Shown: piece by piece, positions 12,880-24,400 of the stretch
Layout: every line of letters starts with the position of its first letter
How positions within the stretch are numbered: the first letter of the stretch is position 1
DNA from: Isurus oxyrinchus
Lineage: Eukaryota
Direction of reading: 5' to 3'
NCBI GenBank assembly: GCA_026770705.1
Contig: JANJGN010000033.1
Location: 15,004,001 to 15,068,000 of the forward strand
DNA length: 64,000 bases
Translations under genes and position numbers: made by a program
Notes under the pieces: generated by a model
Databases searched by the model: none
What the model saw: the letters and a program-made list of their open reading frames with translations, nothing else
What the model was told of the DNA's origin: nothing

Positions 12880-13070
12880 CAGCTGAAGCCTTTTGGCTTC
12901 CACTCACCAAGGACCTTTCATAAGCTTACCAATGATAAAAGAGAAAACAATTTATAGTTTAAGAGGAGAAACAGCTAATTGTTTGACACGTGGACTTTCA
13001 TTGGTAGGGGCATTGGCATGAAGAATGTACCAGACAGCAGTTCATGCAGAGAATTGTCAGGTGATTCGTT
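12880..13070 (-). mobile_element. Penelope-like (Poseidon-type) 3' terminal fragment, probably continuous with 14510-15185
   Basis: Similar to the 14510-14620 tail (attggt..gcatgg..gaatg.acc). Decayed hammerhead-like 'gtcc..tgagt..aaaaggcttc' on the minus strand at ~12883-12915. Confidence 0.45.
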
Positions 13071-13800
13071 TTGAAAGGAAAGATGCCGGGGACAGGCCCC
13101 GCTCACCAAAACGTCAAGTGATGCAGGGCCCGTCACCACGCATCATTCTGATCATCAGTTCGCCGGCGCCGACCAGAGTCCACTGCGCGCCCGCCGAATT
13201 GCCAAAGGTCTCTTAAGGCCATGTAAAACCGAGTTAAAGAGATTAACAGAGCTGCCTGTCCATACGTAAAGTTGGCGGGCAAGCGAATAGCGCATGCGGC
13301 GTTCGGATTCGTCATGAAATCCTATCCACGGGCAGGCTTTTATAAACGAATTTTTTTTCTCATTGACATGTCTCAGCTTATGTGGCACTGTCCCATGAGG
13401 GGGAATGTCTGATCTTTTAAAAATTTACCTTTTTAATAGTGAAATGAAACCTCCTGAGGCACAAGGTTTCAACACTCTTTCACTCACATGCGTAAAAGAC
13501 TGCAGGATCTGATTCTCCCACCCACCACCACACCACCCCCCACATCCCCCCCACCCTCCCCGCCCGCCCGCACAGGCGCTTCCGAGCTCTTGTCACCAGG
13601 GGCGCTCTTTAACTGGCCCATCCACAAAATGATGGTACCAAGCCAATCGTGGGTGGCCATCCACTGCGCACCCGCCTGTGCCTATTCCCACTCGCACTCA
13701 CCACCGACCCCCTCACCTCCCCCTCCCCCCACCCCCCATCGCAGCCCCTTGATGGGGAGAAGATTCTCCCCCATGAGACAGTATAAAATAAAACAGACCC
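13070..13800. mobile_element. GC-rich non-autonomous Harbinger-type element (MITE-like)
   Basis: Abrupt CpG-rich block with C-runs. Right end 'aaaataaaacagaccc'. No coding capacity. Confidence 0.45.
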
Positions 13801-13809
13801 TCTAAAAGA

Positions 13810-14510
13810 GGTGAAGGAACAGAGACGCACAGATAATTGTCATTGAAAATGCAAGGGCATTTTGTGACCGCAGCTAACAAAGCAAATAGCATCGTGGGCA
13901 CTATTAATTGGAGCCTTGAGTGCAAGAGCAAGGAGGTAATGTTGAACTTATAAAGCGCTAGTTAGGCGTCCTCCGGAACACTGCACACACTTGAAGAAGC
14001 ATGTGAAGGTATTGGAGAGTGGATGGAGGAGATTCACCTTAATGGTCCGAAAGATAAATAACTGTCGCTGTGAGGATAGATTGGAGAAGTTTGGTCTGTT
14101 TTCCTTGGAGAACAAATTGCTAAGAGGAGACTTGATAGAGATATTCAAGCTACTGGAGTGCGTGTACAGGGTAAATAACGAGAAACTTTTGCCACTCAAG
14201 AGAACATCAAGAACCAGAGGGCACAGCTTCAAAATAATTGGCAAAATCAGTGAATGTAACGTGAGGAAACATTTTTATCAAAGAGTGGTTGGAGTCTGGA
14301 ACAAACTTCCCCAGTGTGGTTGAGATAGACTCGATCGAGTTATTCAAAAGAGAATTGGATTGTTACCTGAAAAGAGAGAATGTGCAAAGTTACGGGGATA
14401 AGGCAAGGGGGTGGGTCTAGGTGGAATGCTCTTCCAGAGAACCAATGTAGATTGAATGGAGCGAATGGCTTCCTTCTCCACTGTGAAGACACTGTGATGC
14501 TGTGATTCTG
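13810..14510 (+). mobile_element. CR1 LINE 3' end
   Basis: ORF 13991-14323 reads EDRLEKFGLFSLE..LRGDLIEIFK..TRGHSFKI..FYQRVVGVWNKLP, followed by a CR1 3' UTR ending 'ctgtgattctgt'. Confidence 0.92.
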
Positions 14511-15185
14511 TCAAATGCCAAGCTTTTGTTTAAATTCAAAGCAGGCAGGTCAGCACTTATTGGTCAAAGTATTCGCATGGGGAATGAACCAGGCTAGGGC
14601 CGTCTCAAGATTTATTTAGTTGATAAAGGTGCAATGAATGGACGTGCTCCTTGTCATCTAAATAGGGCAGGACCCTTTCATGAATGTATGTAGCTTCAAG
14701 CATGTGTAAGTGAGCCACACTGTGAGCCTGACTGACAGTCTTAAATTAGTTTCTATTACATTTGCTAGCACAATAAGCATTGTTTAGCAAGTGTTTTCCT
14801 ATCGTGGAATCACATTTAATGCTGAGCCTTTTGAGATTTGAAAGCACGGGCTGTTGAATACGCTTTGCACTTTGCCTGTTGTGAACAGCTGAAGGGGCGT
14901 GCTGTTTGATATGATCCGCCAGCCTTTTTGGCATACAGTCTACATACCTGGCACCACACCACACAGAATTACATGTAATGCATTGCTCGTTTGTGGAGTA
15001 GGCAGAAGGTATTTTTGGCTTGATGGCAGCGTTTTGTCACTGGATGATAGCACTTGCGTAGCTACTGCATCGTAATAGCATGTATTGGATAGCTACACCT
15101 GTTGCTTATATTTTGGAGATGCCTTACCCTTCCAGGCAAATCTGAAGTAGACTGAGCACTTTTCAGATCCAAAAGTCTTTCACAT
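14510..15185 (-). mobile_element. Penelope-like retroelement (Poseidon-type), GIY-YIG endonuclease remnant
   Basis: ORF 14746-14964 CGARYVD..KRLADHIKQH..STIGKHLLNN..CA. Upstream linker SEKCSVYFRFAW at ~15130-15170. Confidence 0.8.
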
Positions 15186-15289
15186 TGTTAATGTGCAGTA
15201 CTATCTATCTATACACCTATCTATCTATCTATCCATATGTGTGCGCGTACGCGAGCACGTGCATGTGTGCATGTGTGTGTTCCAATACC

Positions 15290-16403
15290 TGTTAAATCTG
15301 ATCCTGCTGAGTAACAAGTGAGGGGCCCTCTTGCAGTGCCTTGATAGATTTCCAAGGTTATTTCAAAGGCCAGTCAGTTTTAGGCAGTAAGGTAGAGCAG
15401 AACAGTGGAAGAAGATTCATGCAACTGAACTGCTGCTGTTAGCTCAAAGGAGCTAGTATGGGGGCCGAGTGATGCCCTGGGAGCAGTTTTCTGGTTCTGT
15501 CTTGTTGACAGAGAGTTCATGCTTGGACGAAGGCTTGGCAGCAATTTATAAATCGGTGCATCCATGAGTTGGCACTCAAAAAAGCCTCCATAATTCGGTG
15601 TTCATTAGGAGAAGAAAATGAACTAAGCAGGGGAATTGCTAATGCTAGCAGGCACCAGGCAGTCAGGACACAGTGAAGGTGCCGACAGCTGAGAAGGTAG
15701 CGGAAGGTCACGGGCTCCATGCTACTGATGCTGGGTCTCAGCAGATGACCTGGATGTTCAGTTCGGTAACAACTGGAGGATCAGAGTTCAGAGAAACCCA
15801 AGGTGGTGCCAAAATGGTGAAACTAGCTGTCTTGGAAAAGTGATACAATTTTGTCAATGAGCAGAGGCTGGACTACAGACTCGGAATTTCAGGGGGTCAT
15901 GGTCTCAGAAGACAAGGGACATACCCTGGGCGTTGAGCATTCAATGAGGCAGTGAAGTCAGAACTGGTCTTTAGGGAATCCAGAGGCCAGATCTTCGAAA
16001 TGAAGAGTTTGGAATCACACTTGTGAGGGAGACGGACTTTTAACGAGATGTTGGAGCTCACACTGCATTCTGACGCCTGAGTGGGTTGCTGAAAAATCTG
16101 TGTGATGTGTCTTCTTTGAATCTAACATTTATTATGAATGTGGTGTGCTTGATACGGTTTGCCTGTTAATTCAGGCCTGTTAATTGCTCATGTTAATTCT
16201 GAACGTTAGTGTCTCAGATAAATCAGTAAATTGTTTTATTTTTCTGATTTTGCACAGTAAAGTTCATTTTGTTGGCTAAAAACCTTCGAATTGTGTGGCC
16301 TTATTATCTGAGTAAATACCTTGGCTACATTTTTCTTTTAAAAGTTACGGGTCCTTAATCAGATTTTACCACAAACTTGGGAGTTTTCTGCAGGATCATG
16401 ACA
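15290..16403 (+). mobile_element. LTR-like element (probable solo LTR)
   Basis: Starts near 'tgttaaatc' and ends 'ggatcatgaca' (TG...CA). No internal coding sequence. TSD not clear. Confidence 0.5.
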
Positions 16404-16809
16404 ATATATAGATATATCGACATCGACATAGATGTGGAATCATAGTTATATGTAAATGGGTAATTTTGTTTATTCGTACGTTTATATCTTCATTTTCTCT
16501 GGTTGCATTAGCCCTTTCCTTCCATTGCCTACACATAACAGCCTAAACTTGAATGTTTTGTCTCGCTGTGTCTGGGAATGTGACATTAGCCAGTTAAATT
16601 GCAACGAGTAGTATAACTTATCAATAGGTATTATATTGTTATTTTAACTTTCCGATTACAAATTATACAGGAGAGCACATCTGTGTTGGTCACACCCCAA
16701 GGTTATCCATAGAAAATTTTGCAACCTGATGAAATCTGCTGAGGCCAGGTAAAATATGTAAATAACGTGCCACAAGAAAACAGATACACGTTGTATCAAA
16801 TGTTGGTCT

Positions 16810-17964
16810 TCATTCTGTTTCTCTCTTTATGTCATTCATGTAAACTATATTTTCACTGGATATTTGATCCCAATTACAAGCTGCTCTCTAAATTTAGTCT
16901 GGCTCACTGCATGAATACATGTGTTAGTACAGAAGCTCAGAAGTAGGAGCATATGACTGGTTTGATCTGCAATGTACATTGGATCAAAGAAACCTGTTAA
17001 ATAATAATGTTTTGTGATGCAGATTAATAAGGAATATATTACAAAAGATACACAGAGAAGAATGAAGTAGCTAGATATAGCAAAAAAATAAGATGACAGA
17101 TTTTCTCCGATTATCCATCTCTGGGTCGTTTTGTTCCCTATTATTCCGCATGGTCCTCGGTCTCCTCCAGACCCTAATTACTGCGAAAATGCATCCTACA
17201 GTCAGAGCATTAAACAGCAAGAAAAACAGAATTACCTGGAAAAACTCAGCAGTTCTGGCAGCATCGGCGAAGAAGAAAAGAGTTGATGTTTGGAGTCCTC
17301 ATGACCCTTCAACAGAACTGTTGAAGGGTCATGAGGACTCGAAACATCAAAGCTTTTCTTCTCCGCCGATGCTGCCAGACCTGTTGAGTTTTTCCATGTA
17401 ATTCTGTTTTTGTTTTGGATTTCCAGCATCTGCAGTTTTTTGTTTTTATCTCTGCATTAAACAGCAATGTCAGAAATATTGGACGCAGTGGAGTCAAGCA
17501 CTGGTGGATCAAATTAAATGCAATCCAAGCATTTACAGTGTAAAATTCAGCTTTTCTATTACAAGCCCATCGTATGTTCTCTGCTATAATAATGGCTTCA
17601 TATGCAAAGTAGCATTAACAGAAAAGTGAGAGGATTACTCCTATAACTGTGGCTGCAGTTCTGTCAGTGCAATATTTCGTCTTCAGCTCCTAACAACAAA
17701 TGGCAACAAAGTGATCAAAAGTGAAAGCGAATGTGAACCAGTCAGAAATGTCTGTGGAAGCATGAGTTAAGGCCAATTGTAAAGAACAAACAGGAGTAAT
17801 GAACAGAAAAATTAGTCGGGAAATAAGAGTCCTTAATTCGTGTCAATATCACGTAATTCATAACTACCAGGAAATCTGCTGCTGCCATTGCCATTAAGTA
17901 TCGATGATACAACGGGAGAGACCACACATTCCCTGGGAAAGTATCACAATTGTCATCAGATTCG
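16810..17964 (-). pseudogene. GPR139-like GPCR pseudogene (inverted paralog of 8998-9929)
   Basis: Acceptor 'tctctattacag|CG AAT CTG'. RYLMAMAAADFLVVMNYVILTRI present. Frameshifts near 17903 and 17808, in-frame TAG in ICC*ELKTKYC (~17690), a deletion in TM4 and a 233-bp insertion in TM5. C-terminus SQTKFREQL..IKYPVKI. Confidence 0.92.
17221..17453 (+). mobile_element. Fold-back Penelope-derived element (inverted pLTR pair plus 3' tail) with hammerhead motifs and a 14-bp TSD
   Basis: TSD GCATTAAACAGCAA at 17207-17220 and 17454-17467. Arms ~17222-17315 and 17318-17411 around a 2-nt centre. Unpaired ~42-nt tail. Confidence 0.9.
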
Positions 17965-18672
17965 CTGTAATAGAGAAACATTTGGACAGAATCAGCTCCG
18001 AAGTTACATCAATTATTTAGATTCTAAAACAGCTCACAAGGATTGGAAGGTAGCAAAAATACTTGGTATTCAATTGAGGTGGATCATAGAAAATGAGGAA
18101 CTAGAGATCGGTGATTTAACATCAGTAGCAGAAATTTGCTGGATTCTGTTACGAAGGAAGTTCTAACAGGGCACTTAGAAACTTGCATTACGACTATGTA
18201 GTAAAGTAGCCTTTGTGAAAGTGAAGTCACATTTGCCAAATCTTTGAGAGACAGTTAGGGTACATGAATGTAAAATGTACATCGGGATTTAGGTTTGTTT
18301 ACAGTATTTTATTGGATTTTTCTGTGAAATAAGATGATCTAAGGTACTGCACAGCACGCTAATTTTCTAAGATATTGCCAAGGATTGGAGATTTTTAACA
18401 ACCAGTAAAGAAAAAGTAGCAATACATAGGATATTTTCAGTTTGGCAACAGATATATAGCGGGACACTGCAATGACCACAACAACAAAAAGTGCTGGAAC
18501 ATCTGAGCAAATCTGACAGCACCTGTGAAGTAAAAGACAGAGTTAACGTTTCGAGTCCGTATGAATCTTCTGCAGATAAGGGCAAAAAGCTGCGAATGCT
18601 GGAAATTAAAAACAAAAACAAAAATACCTTGAAAAACTGAACAGGTCTGATAGCATCTGCAGAGAGGAATAC

Positions 18673-18711
18673 AGTTAACATTTCGAGTCCGTATGACTTT
18701 TCAACAGAACT
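18673..18711 (-). ncRNA. Minimal type I hammerhead ribozyme motif (variant core)
   Basis: Minus strand reads AGUU-CUGUUGA-A-AAGUC-AUACG-GACUC-GAAA-UG-UU-AACU. Stem I is AGUU/AACU and stem II is present with one terminal mismatch. Confidence 0.65.
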
Positions 18712-19065
18712 AATGAAAAATAGAAAAGAGGTGAAATATAAGCTTGTTTAAGGGTGGGGGGAGGTGTGAAATGTAGAGCTGGATAGAGGGCAAGTGATAG
18801 GTGGAGATAACCATGAGATGCCATAGACAAAAGGACAAAGAGGTATTGAAGCTGGTGATATTACCTAAGGAATGTGATAATAAATGTACAAATGGAGTTA
18901 GTGGGTTTGGGTGGGGGGAAGGGATCGAAATAGGCTAAAAGGCAGAGGTAAAATAATGGATGGAAATACATTGAAAAATAGTGGAAACAGTTGGGAAAAG
19001 AAAAGTCTATATAAATTATTGGAAAAAAGGGGGATCGGAAAGGGGGTGGAGATGGAGGAGAGAGT

Positions 19066-19480
19066 TCATGATCTAAAATTGTTGAACACAATATTCAGTC
19101 CGGAAGGCTGTAAAGTGCCTAGTCGGAAGATGAGGTGCTGTTCCTCCAGTTTGCATTGAGCTTCACTGGAACATTGCATCAGGCCAAGGACCGATATTTG
19201 GGCATGTGAGCAGGGTGCAGTGCTCAAATGGCAAGCGACAGGGAGGTCTGGGTTATGCTTGCGGACAGACCAAAGGTGTTCCACAAAGCGTTCACCCAGT
19301 CTGCGTTTGGTCTCTCCAATGAAGAGGAAACCGCATTGGGAGCAGTGAATGCGGTAGACTAAATTGAGGGAAGTGCAAGTGAAATGCTGCTTCACTTGGA
19401 AGGAGTTTTTGGGCCCTTGGATGGTGAGTAGAGAGGAAGTAAATGGGCAGGTATTGCACCTTCTGCAGTTGCATGGGAAG
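19066..19480 (-). pseudogene. Penelope GIY-YIG endonuclease domain, 5'-truncated
   Basis: FTCTSLNLVYRIHCSQCGFLFIGETKRRLGERFVEH..PVACH..KLEEQHLIFRLGTLQPSGLN, preceded by a Cys-rich PCNCRRCNTCPF linker (~19440-19478). Confidence 0.9.
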
Positions 19481-19739
19481 GTGGCGTGGGATGGGGTTGA
19501 GGTGTAGGGGGTGATGGAGTAGTAGATCAGTGTGTCCCAGAGGGAACGACCCTGGTGGAATGCCGCCGAGGGGGTGAAGGGAATATGTGTTTGGTGGTGG
19601 CATCATTCTGGAGTTTGCGGAACTTGGCTAGCTCTGGCGTCATTGAGAGTTGGTATTCAGACTCTAACACCCTTGAGCTCCACGGGGCGGGGGGTGGGGG
19701 TGGGGGGGCGGGGTGTCGGCCAAACCTTAACACATCTCC

Positions 19740-20300
19740 ACACTGATCCATGCCAACCCAGTACTAACCCTTTCCGAGCACAGCATGACATTGATCCTTT
19801 TCACGACACTGCACTCATGATCACCGCACAACATTGTGGCTGCTGACCTCAGCTGCCACGCCCTCCCAGGCTCTTTTCATCTGTTGTGGTCGCCACATCC
19901 TTCCACCTTTGGGAACGAGAGTGTCCCACCTGGCAACAAACTCCAGCAAGACCACCATGTGACACTCGTCCACAAAACGGGAGACCGAGTGCCCACCCGA
20001 TCTTTGCTCCCATCTGGTGTCTCCAGCCGCTGTTGAGGACAGAGCTTCACGCTCCAGAAAGCAGAATATGATTCTTCCCTGGCTGACTCCAAGGAGCTGT
20101 CTGCCATTTTTGAACTGCCGCCAGGTCACCATAGGATTCAGCGCCCAACAGGCCCCATCCTGTCCGGCCATTTGAGAAGCCGAGCATCACACAGGGCGGG
20201 CCTTAATTGGCCAGCCAGCATGAAATCCTGGTCTTGTGCTGCCGGCAATCAGGCGCCCGTTTCCCGCCCGGTCCCGCGCAATGAATTACACGTCCCTGCC
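19740..20300 (-). mobile_element. Harbinger fragment with a Myb/SANT-like domain remnant
   Basis: RFVDE..VLLEFVARWDTLVPKGGR..KRAWEGVAAEVSS..VVR, then VQCR.RIN (~19780-19815). GC-rich terminal region at ~20150-20290. Confidence 0.7.
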
Positions 20301-21599
20301 AAAGGGAATCTTCAGGCCAAAAGATGCAAAACTGGCCACATTGTTTACAGGACTTGCTGACACTCATGATCTAAATTCCAATCTGAATAGTTTCACAGGC
20401 TTGTGCATTCGTTGGGTGAGCTAAAGACTAAGGGAGTACCTGATAAGAGAATCGCGATTGGAGCCAAAAGGCAGCCTGATGACTATATCACCTCTCTGGC
20501 GGCCTCTGCACCCAATCAAGTGCCAGGCTTAAAGTTTTGCCATCCCTACACCCATCCTGTGGCGTCGAGGGGGCAGACCAAACGTTGTGGCAGCCAAGGG
20601 TCTCCATGAAGCTTGCAAACTTCTGTTTCACTTCAGAGCATTAACACAAAATGGGAGATAGAAGATACGACTCATCAGCGCAACCTGCACTGGTGTTACA
20701 GGCTGTCGCCAGCGGCAGAGGGGAACACGGTGTGTTACTGATCAACCAGCATCCACATCAAATCCGGCAGCTTCCGGCTCCAAGTTACTGCTGACCCCAA
20801 GCCCCATCTGCTTCAGTGGGTGCTTGGGAATTGGAGTTGCTGCTCAAAAGTGGATCAAAAGCATTTCACAGAAAATAAAGAAGACAAACGAAAAGAAATA
20901 CGATGTGAGATCTCCAAATGACAGGCTGGAAATTCAGAAACATACGCGCGGGATTGACACATCTTGATAGCTGGTCAATAACACAAAAATGGTGGCTGTG
21001 ATTGACATGGAAGTTGAGAAACTGAACACTGACATATCACCTTTGCAACAGGCAAAGTTTGCTGAGAATTGCCCACTGAAGACAAACACATCACATATTC
21101 ATCTGGCAAGGGAATGAATCAGACAAACAACGTAAGTATGTTGTAGGCTTTACTGTAAGGAACTCATTGTTCTCGATGATAAACCCTCCTGCAAATGCTC
21201 CAGAACGGGTTCTCTTTATCTGCCTTCTGCTCACACGGGTCCAGATGACGTCATGACTGTCTGTGCTTCAAGCCTTAGCTCAGCTATAGAGATAAAAGGA
21301 CAGTTTTACGAGGAGCTTCACGCTGTCCTCTGCAGAAATCATATGTATTTATCTCTGGGGCATTTGAACAGAAGATTAGACACAAACAACAAGGCAGCAT
21401 CCTCCTGCTATGGACGTCGTCGCTTTGAAAATTAAATGAAATGGGGCAATGATTACTTGCGTTTTTCTACTACCACAAGCTTTGGATAACTTGTACATCC
21501 ATTCAGAACAAAACATTCCACAAGCTGCTCTGGAGACATCCAAGATCAGCGCGTTGATAATAGCTGCATATAATCATCACCAGATGCAACTTTCCCATG

Positions 21600-22757
21600 T
21601 GAACATAGGAGCAGGAGTAGGCCATTTATCTCATCGAGCCTGCTCCACCATTCAACCCACTGCAATGCCATTCTGTTCCCGCAATACCCCCAGATCCCTT
21701 TACCTCATTGGTTTTCAGAAATCTGTCAATGTCTTTTTTAAACATGTTCCATGATTTTTCTTCCACAGCCCTCTATGGTAGAGAATTCCAAAGATTCACA
21801 ACCTTCTGATGAACAACAAATCCCTTATCCCAGCCCTAAATGGCTCCCCCCTTATGTTGAAATGGTGTCTCCTGGTTATAGACTTCCTAACAAATGGATT
21901 ATATTACCTGCATCTTCCCTTCCCATCCCATTAAGTATTTTGCATCTTTCAATGAGATCACCTTTCATTCTTTGAAGCTCAAACGAATACTGCCCAGTTT
22001 CCACAATCCCTGTTCATAGGACAGCCCTGCCATCCCAGGGACAGGTCTGATGAACCTTCGCTTCATTCTCTCTATGGCAAATAATATCCTACTTAAGAAC
22101 GGGACCAAAACTGGCCACAGTTCTCCAAGTGCTGGCTAACCGAGGTTCTGTAGAATTCAAGCAAGTCTTCATTACTCCTGTACTTAAATCCTCTCACGAA
22201 AAAGGCCAAAATACCTTAAGCTTTCTTAATTGCCTGCTGCACATGCATGTTAGCCTTCAGTGACTTATTGACGAGTAGACCCAGGTACTTTTGCACATCT
22301 ACACTTTCTAATCTCTTACCATTTAAGAAACACTCTGCATGTCTGTTCCTCGTAACAAAGTGTAAACTCTCACATTTTCCACAATATATTCCATCTGCCA
22401 TGTTTTTGTCCACTCAATAAGTTTACTCAAATCCTCTTGGAGTAGCCTTGCATTTTGCTGACAACACACATTCCCAACTAGCTTTGTGTCATCCGTGAAT
22501 TGGAAATATTACATTTGGTCCACAGGTCCAAATTGATATCTATTGTGAACAGCTGGGGTGCGAGTATTGACCCCTGCAGTACCCTACCAGGCACAACCCA
22601 CCAACGCGAGAATGACCTGTTTATTCCTACTCCCTGCTTTCTGCCTATTACCCAATCCTTCATCCAAGCCAGTGTAGTGCCTCGTATCCTATGTACTCTA
22701 ATTTTGAGAACCAGCCCCCTGTAAGGGGCTTTATTAAAAGCCTTCTCATAATCCAAG
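21600..22757 (-). mobile_element. CR1 LINE (RT to 3' tail) nested in the RTE element
   Basis: DYEKAFNK.PYRGL..WMKDWVIGRKQGVGIN..LQGSILAPQLF (22478-22756), YLGLLVNKSLK..QAIKKA, and tail 'gaacataggagcaggagtaggccat' at 21601. Confidence 0.92.
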
Positions 22758-23269
22758 AATGGTTGGAAAGGTGTTCAGCCTTGCCCGTCAGAAATCAAAG
22801 GAAAAAGTGGGCCAAATCCTCCTGAGAGAGATTTTCCCACTAGAATTCCATACTGAAGAACAGAAGGCCACTTTCCTTGAAATGTGGGTGCATCTTTGAT
22901 GTCTGCCAAGAGTTTGGTTAGAGCATCAGTATGAGTCAGGAAATTTCATAGCCCAGCAGGTTGCCGCCAGTAATCCGCATTGACATTGTGATGCTGGAGG
23001 ATATTGAGGCTCGGCAATCACCAGCAATGTGTTTGATAATGCTGAAAACAACACACGCTTTGTAAAAGCTGCAGCTGTTGCGACCAAGCTGAGTAAGAGA
23101 GCCTGGAGGATCAGCAACCTGACCGAGAATACCAAAGTGTGTGTCCACAAAGCGTGCATCTTCAGTGCGCTCACCTACAGCAGTAAGGCCTGGAAAACAT
23201 ATGGTAGGCAGGAGAAACATTTCAGCAGTTTTTGCTTGAATTTTGTTTTTTAAATTTTTCAAGAGATGT

Positions 23270-24400
23270 GAGCTTCGCTGGCATTTATTTCTCGTCACCA
23301 ATTGGTCTTGAGAAGATAGTAATTCGGTGCCTTCTTAAACCATTGTACTCTTGGTGTGGTTAAACCTACAGTTTGTTAGGAAGGAAGTTCCATGATTTTT
23401 ATCCAGCAACAGCAAAAAAGCGGCACTCTAGTTAACAGATTGCATGGTGTGTGACATGGAGATGAGCTTGCAGATTGCAGTCTTCCCATACGTCTGCTGC
23501 CATTGCCCTCTAGTTGGTAGAGGTCAGGGTTCGGAAGATGCTGTCAAAGAAGGCTTGACGTGGTACACTCTGCTACCACTAGATTTCGCTGATGGAGGAA
23601 GTGAAAATTTAAGGTAATGGATAAGGTGGTGCCAATCAACGGGGCTGATTTGCCGGGGATTGTGCCGGCACTCTTGAGTGTTGCTGGAGCTGCACTCATC
23701 CAGGAACATGGCTCGTATTCCATCAAACTCCTGACTTGTGCCTTGTGGACAGACTTTGGAGAATCAGGGACTGAGTTACCCATTGCAGTATGCCCAGCCT
23801 CTGAACTACTCAGGTAGCCACATTATTTAAATGGCCAGTCCAGTTAAATCTGTTGTCAATGCCAAGCCCCAGGACGCTTATGGCCGGTGCGGGTTGGGGA
23901 GTGGTGGGGGGGGGGGGGGGCGGTGGGGGTGGTGATGAGCGATGTTAATGCAATTCACTGTCAAAGGAAGATGGTTCAATTTACTCTTGTTGAAGATGGT
24001 CATCGTCTGACACTATTTTGGTACGAATTACTTCCCTCTTATCAGCCCAGCCTGAACGTTTCCCAGTTCTTTCTAAATACGGGAATGGACTACTTCATTG
24101 AATCATGCTGAACACTGCAGAACCATTGGCTAACATCCCAGTTTTGGCCTTATTATGGGTGACACCTTATTGAAAACGAATTTGACTATTGTTGCCCCTA
24201 ACCTATTAAACTAAGACCCCCTGGAATGATGACCTGCTCCTGAGGTGTTTGGCTTCCAAGAACCATAACCATCTTTCTTTGTGCTCGATGTGACTTCAAC
24301 CAGTGAAGAGTTTTCCCCAGATTCCAATTGACTTCAAATCTTCTAGGGCTTCTTTACGATACTTTGAATGCAATGTTGTGAAAATCACTCTAACTCTCTC
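23270..24400 (-). mobile_element. CR1/L2-group LINE fragment (family sharing its tail with the Deu-SINE)
   Basis: HKAQVRSLMEY..SWMSAAPATLK in ORF 23544-23783. Same family at 28340-28790 and 34810-35030. Confidence 0.75.

Larger units (their letters stand above)
18480..19615 (-). mobile_element. Penelope-like retroelement (Neptune-type) 3' end with tandem pLTR copies
   Basis: GIY-YIG ORF followed by a 3' UTR and two tandem terminal repeats (18480-18578 and 18585-18711), each containing GACTCGAAA(C/T)GTTAACT on the minus strand. Confidence 0.9.

Noticed and set aside
13488-13805. Proline-rich ORF
   Set aside because: Translation of C-rich tracts within a MITE-like repeat.
17093-17512. Recurring peptide KNRITWKNS on both strands and again at 46439-46666
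   Set aside because: A consequence of the palindromic repeat, not a protein family.
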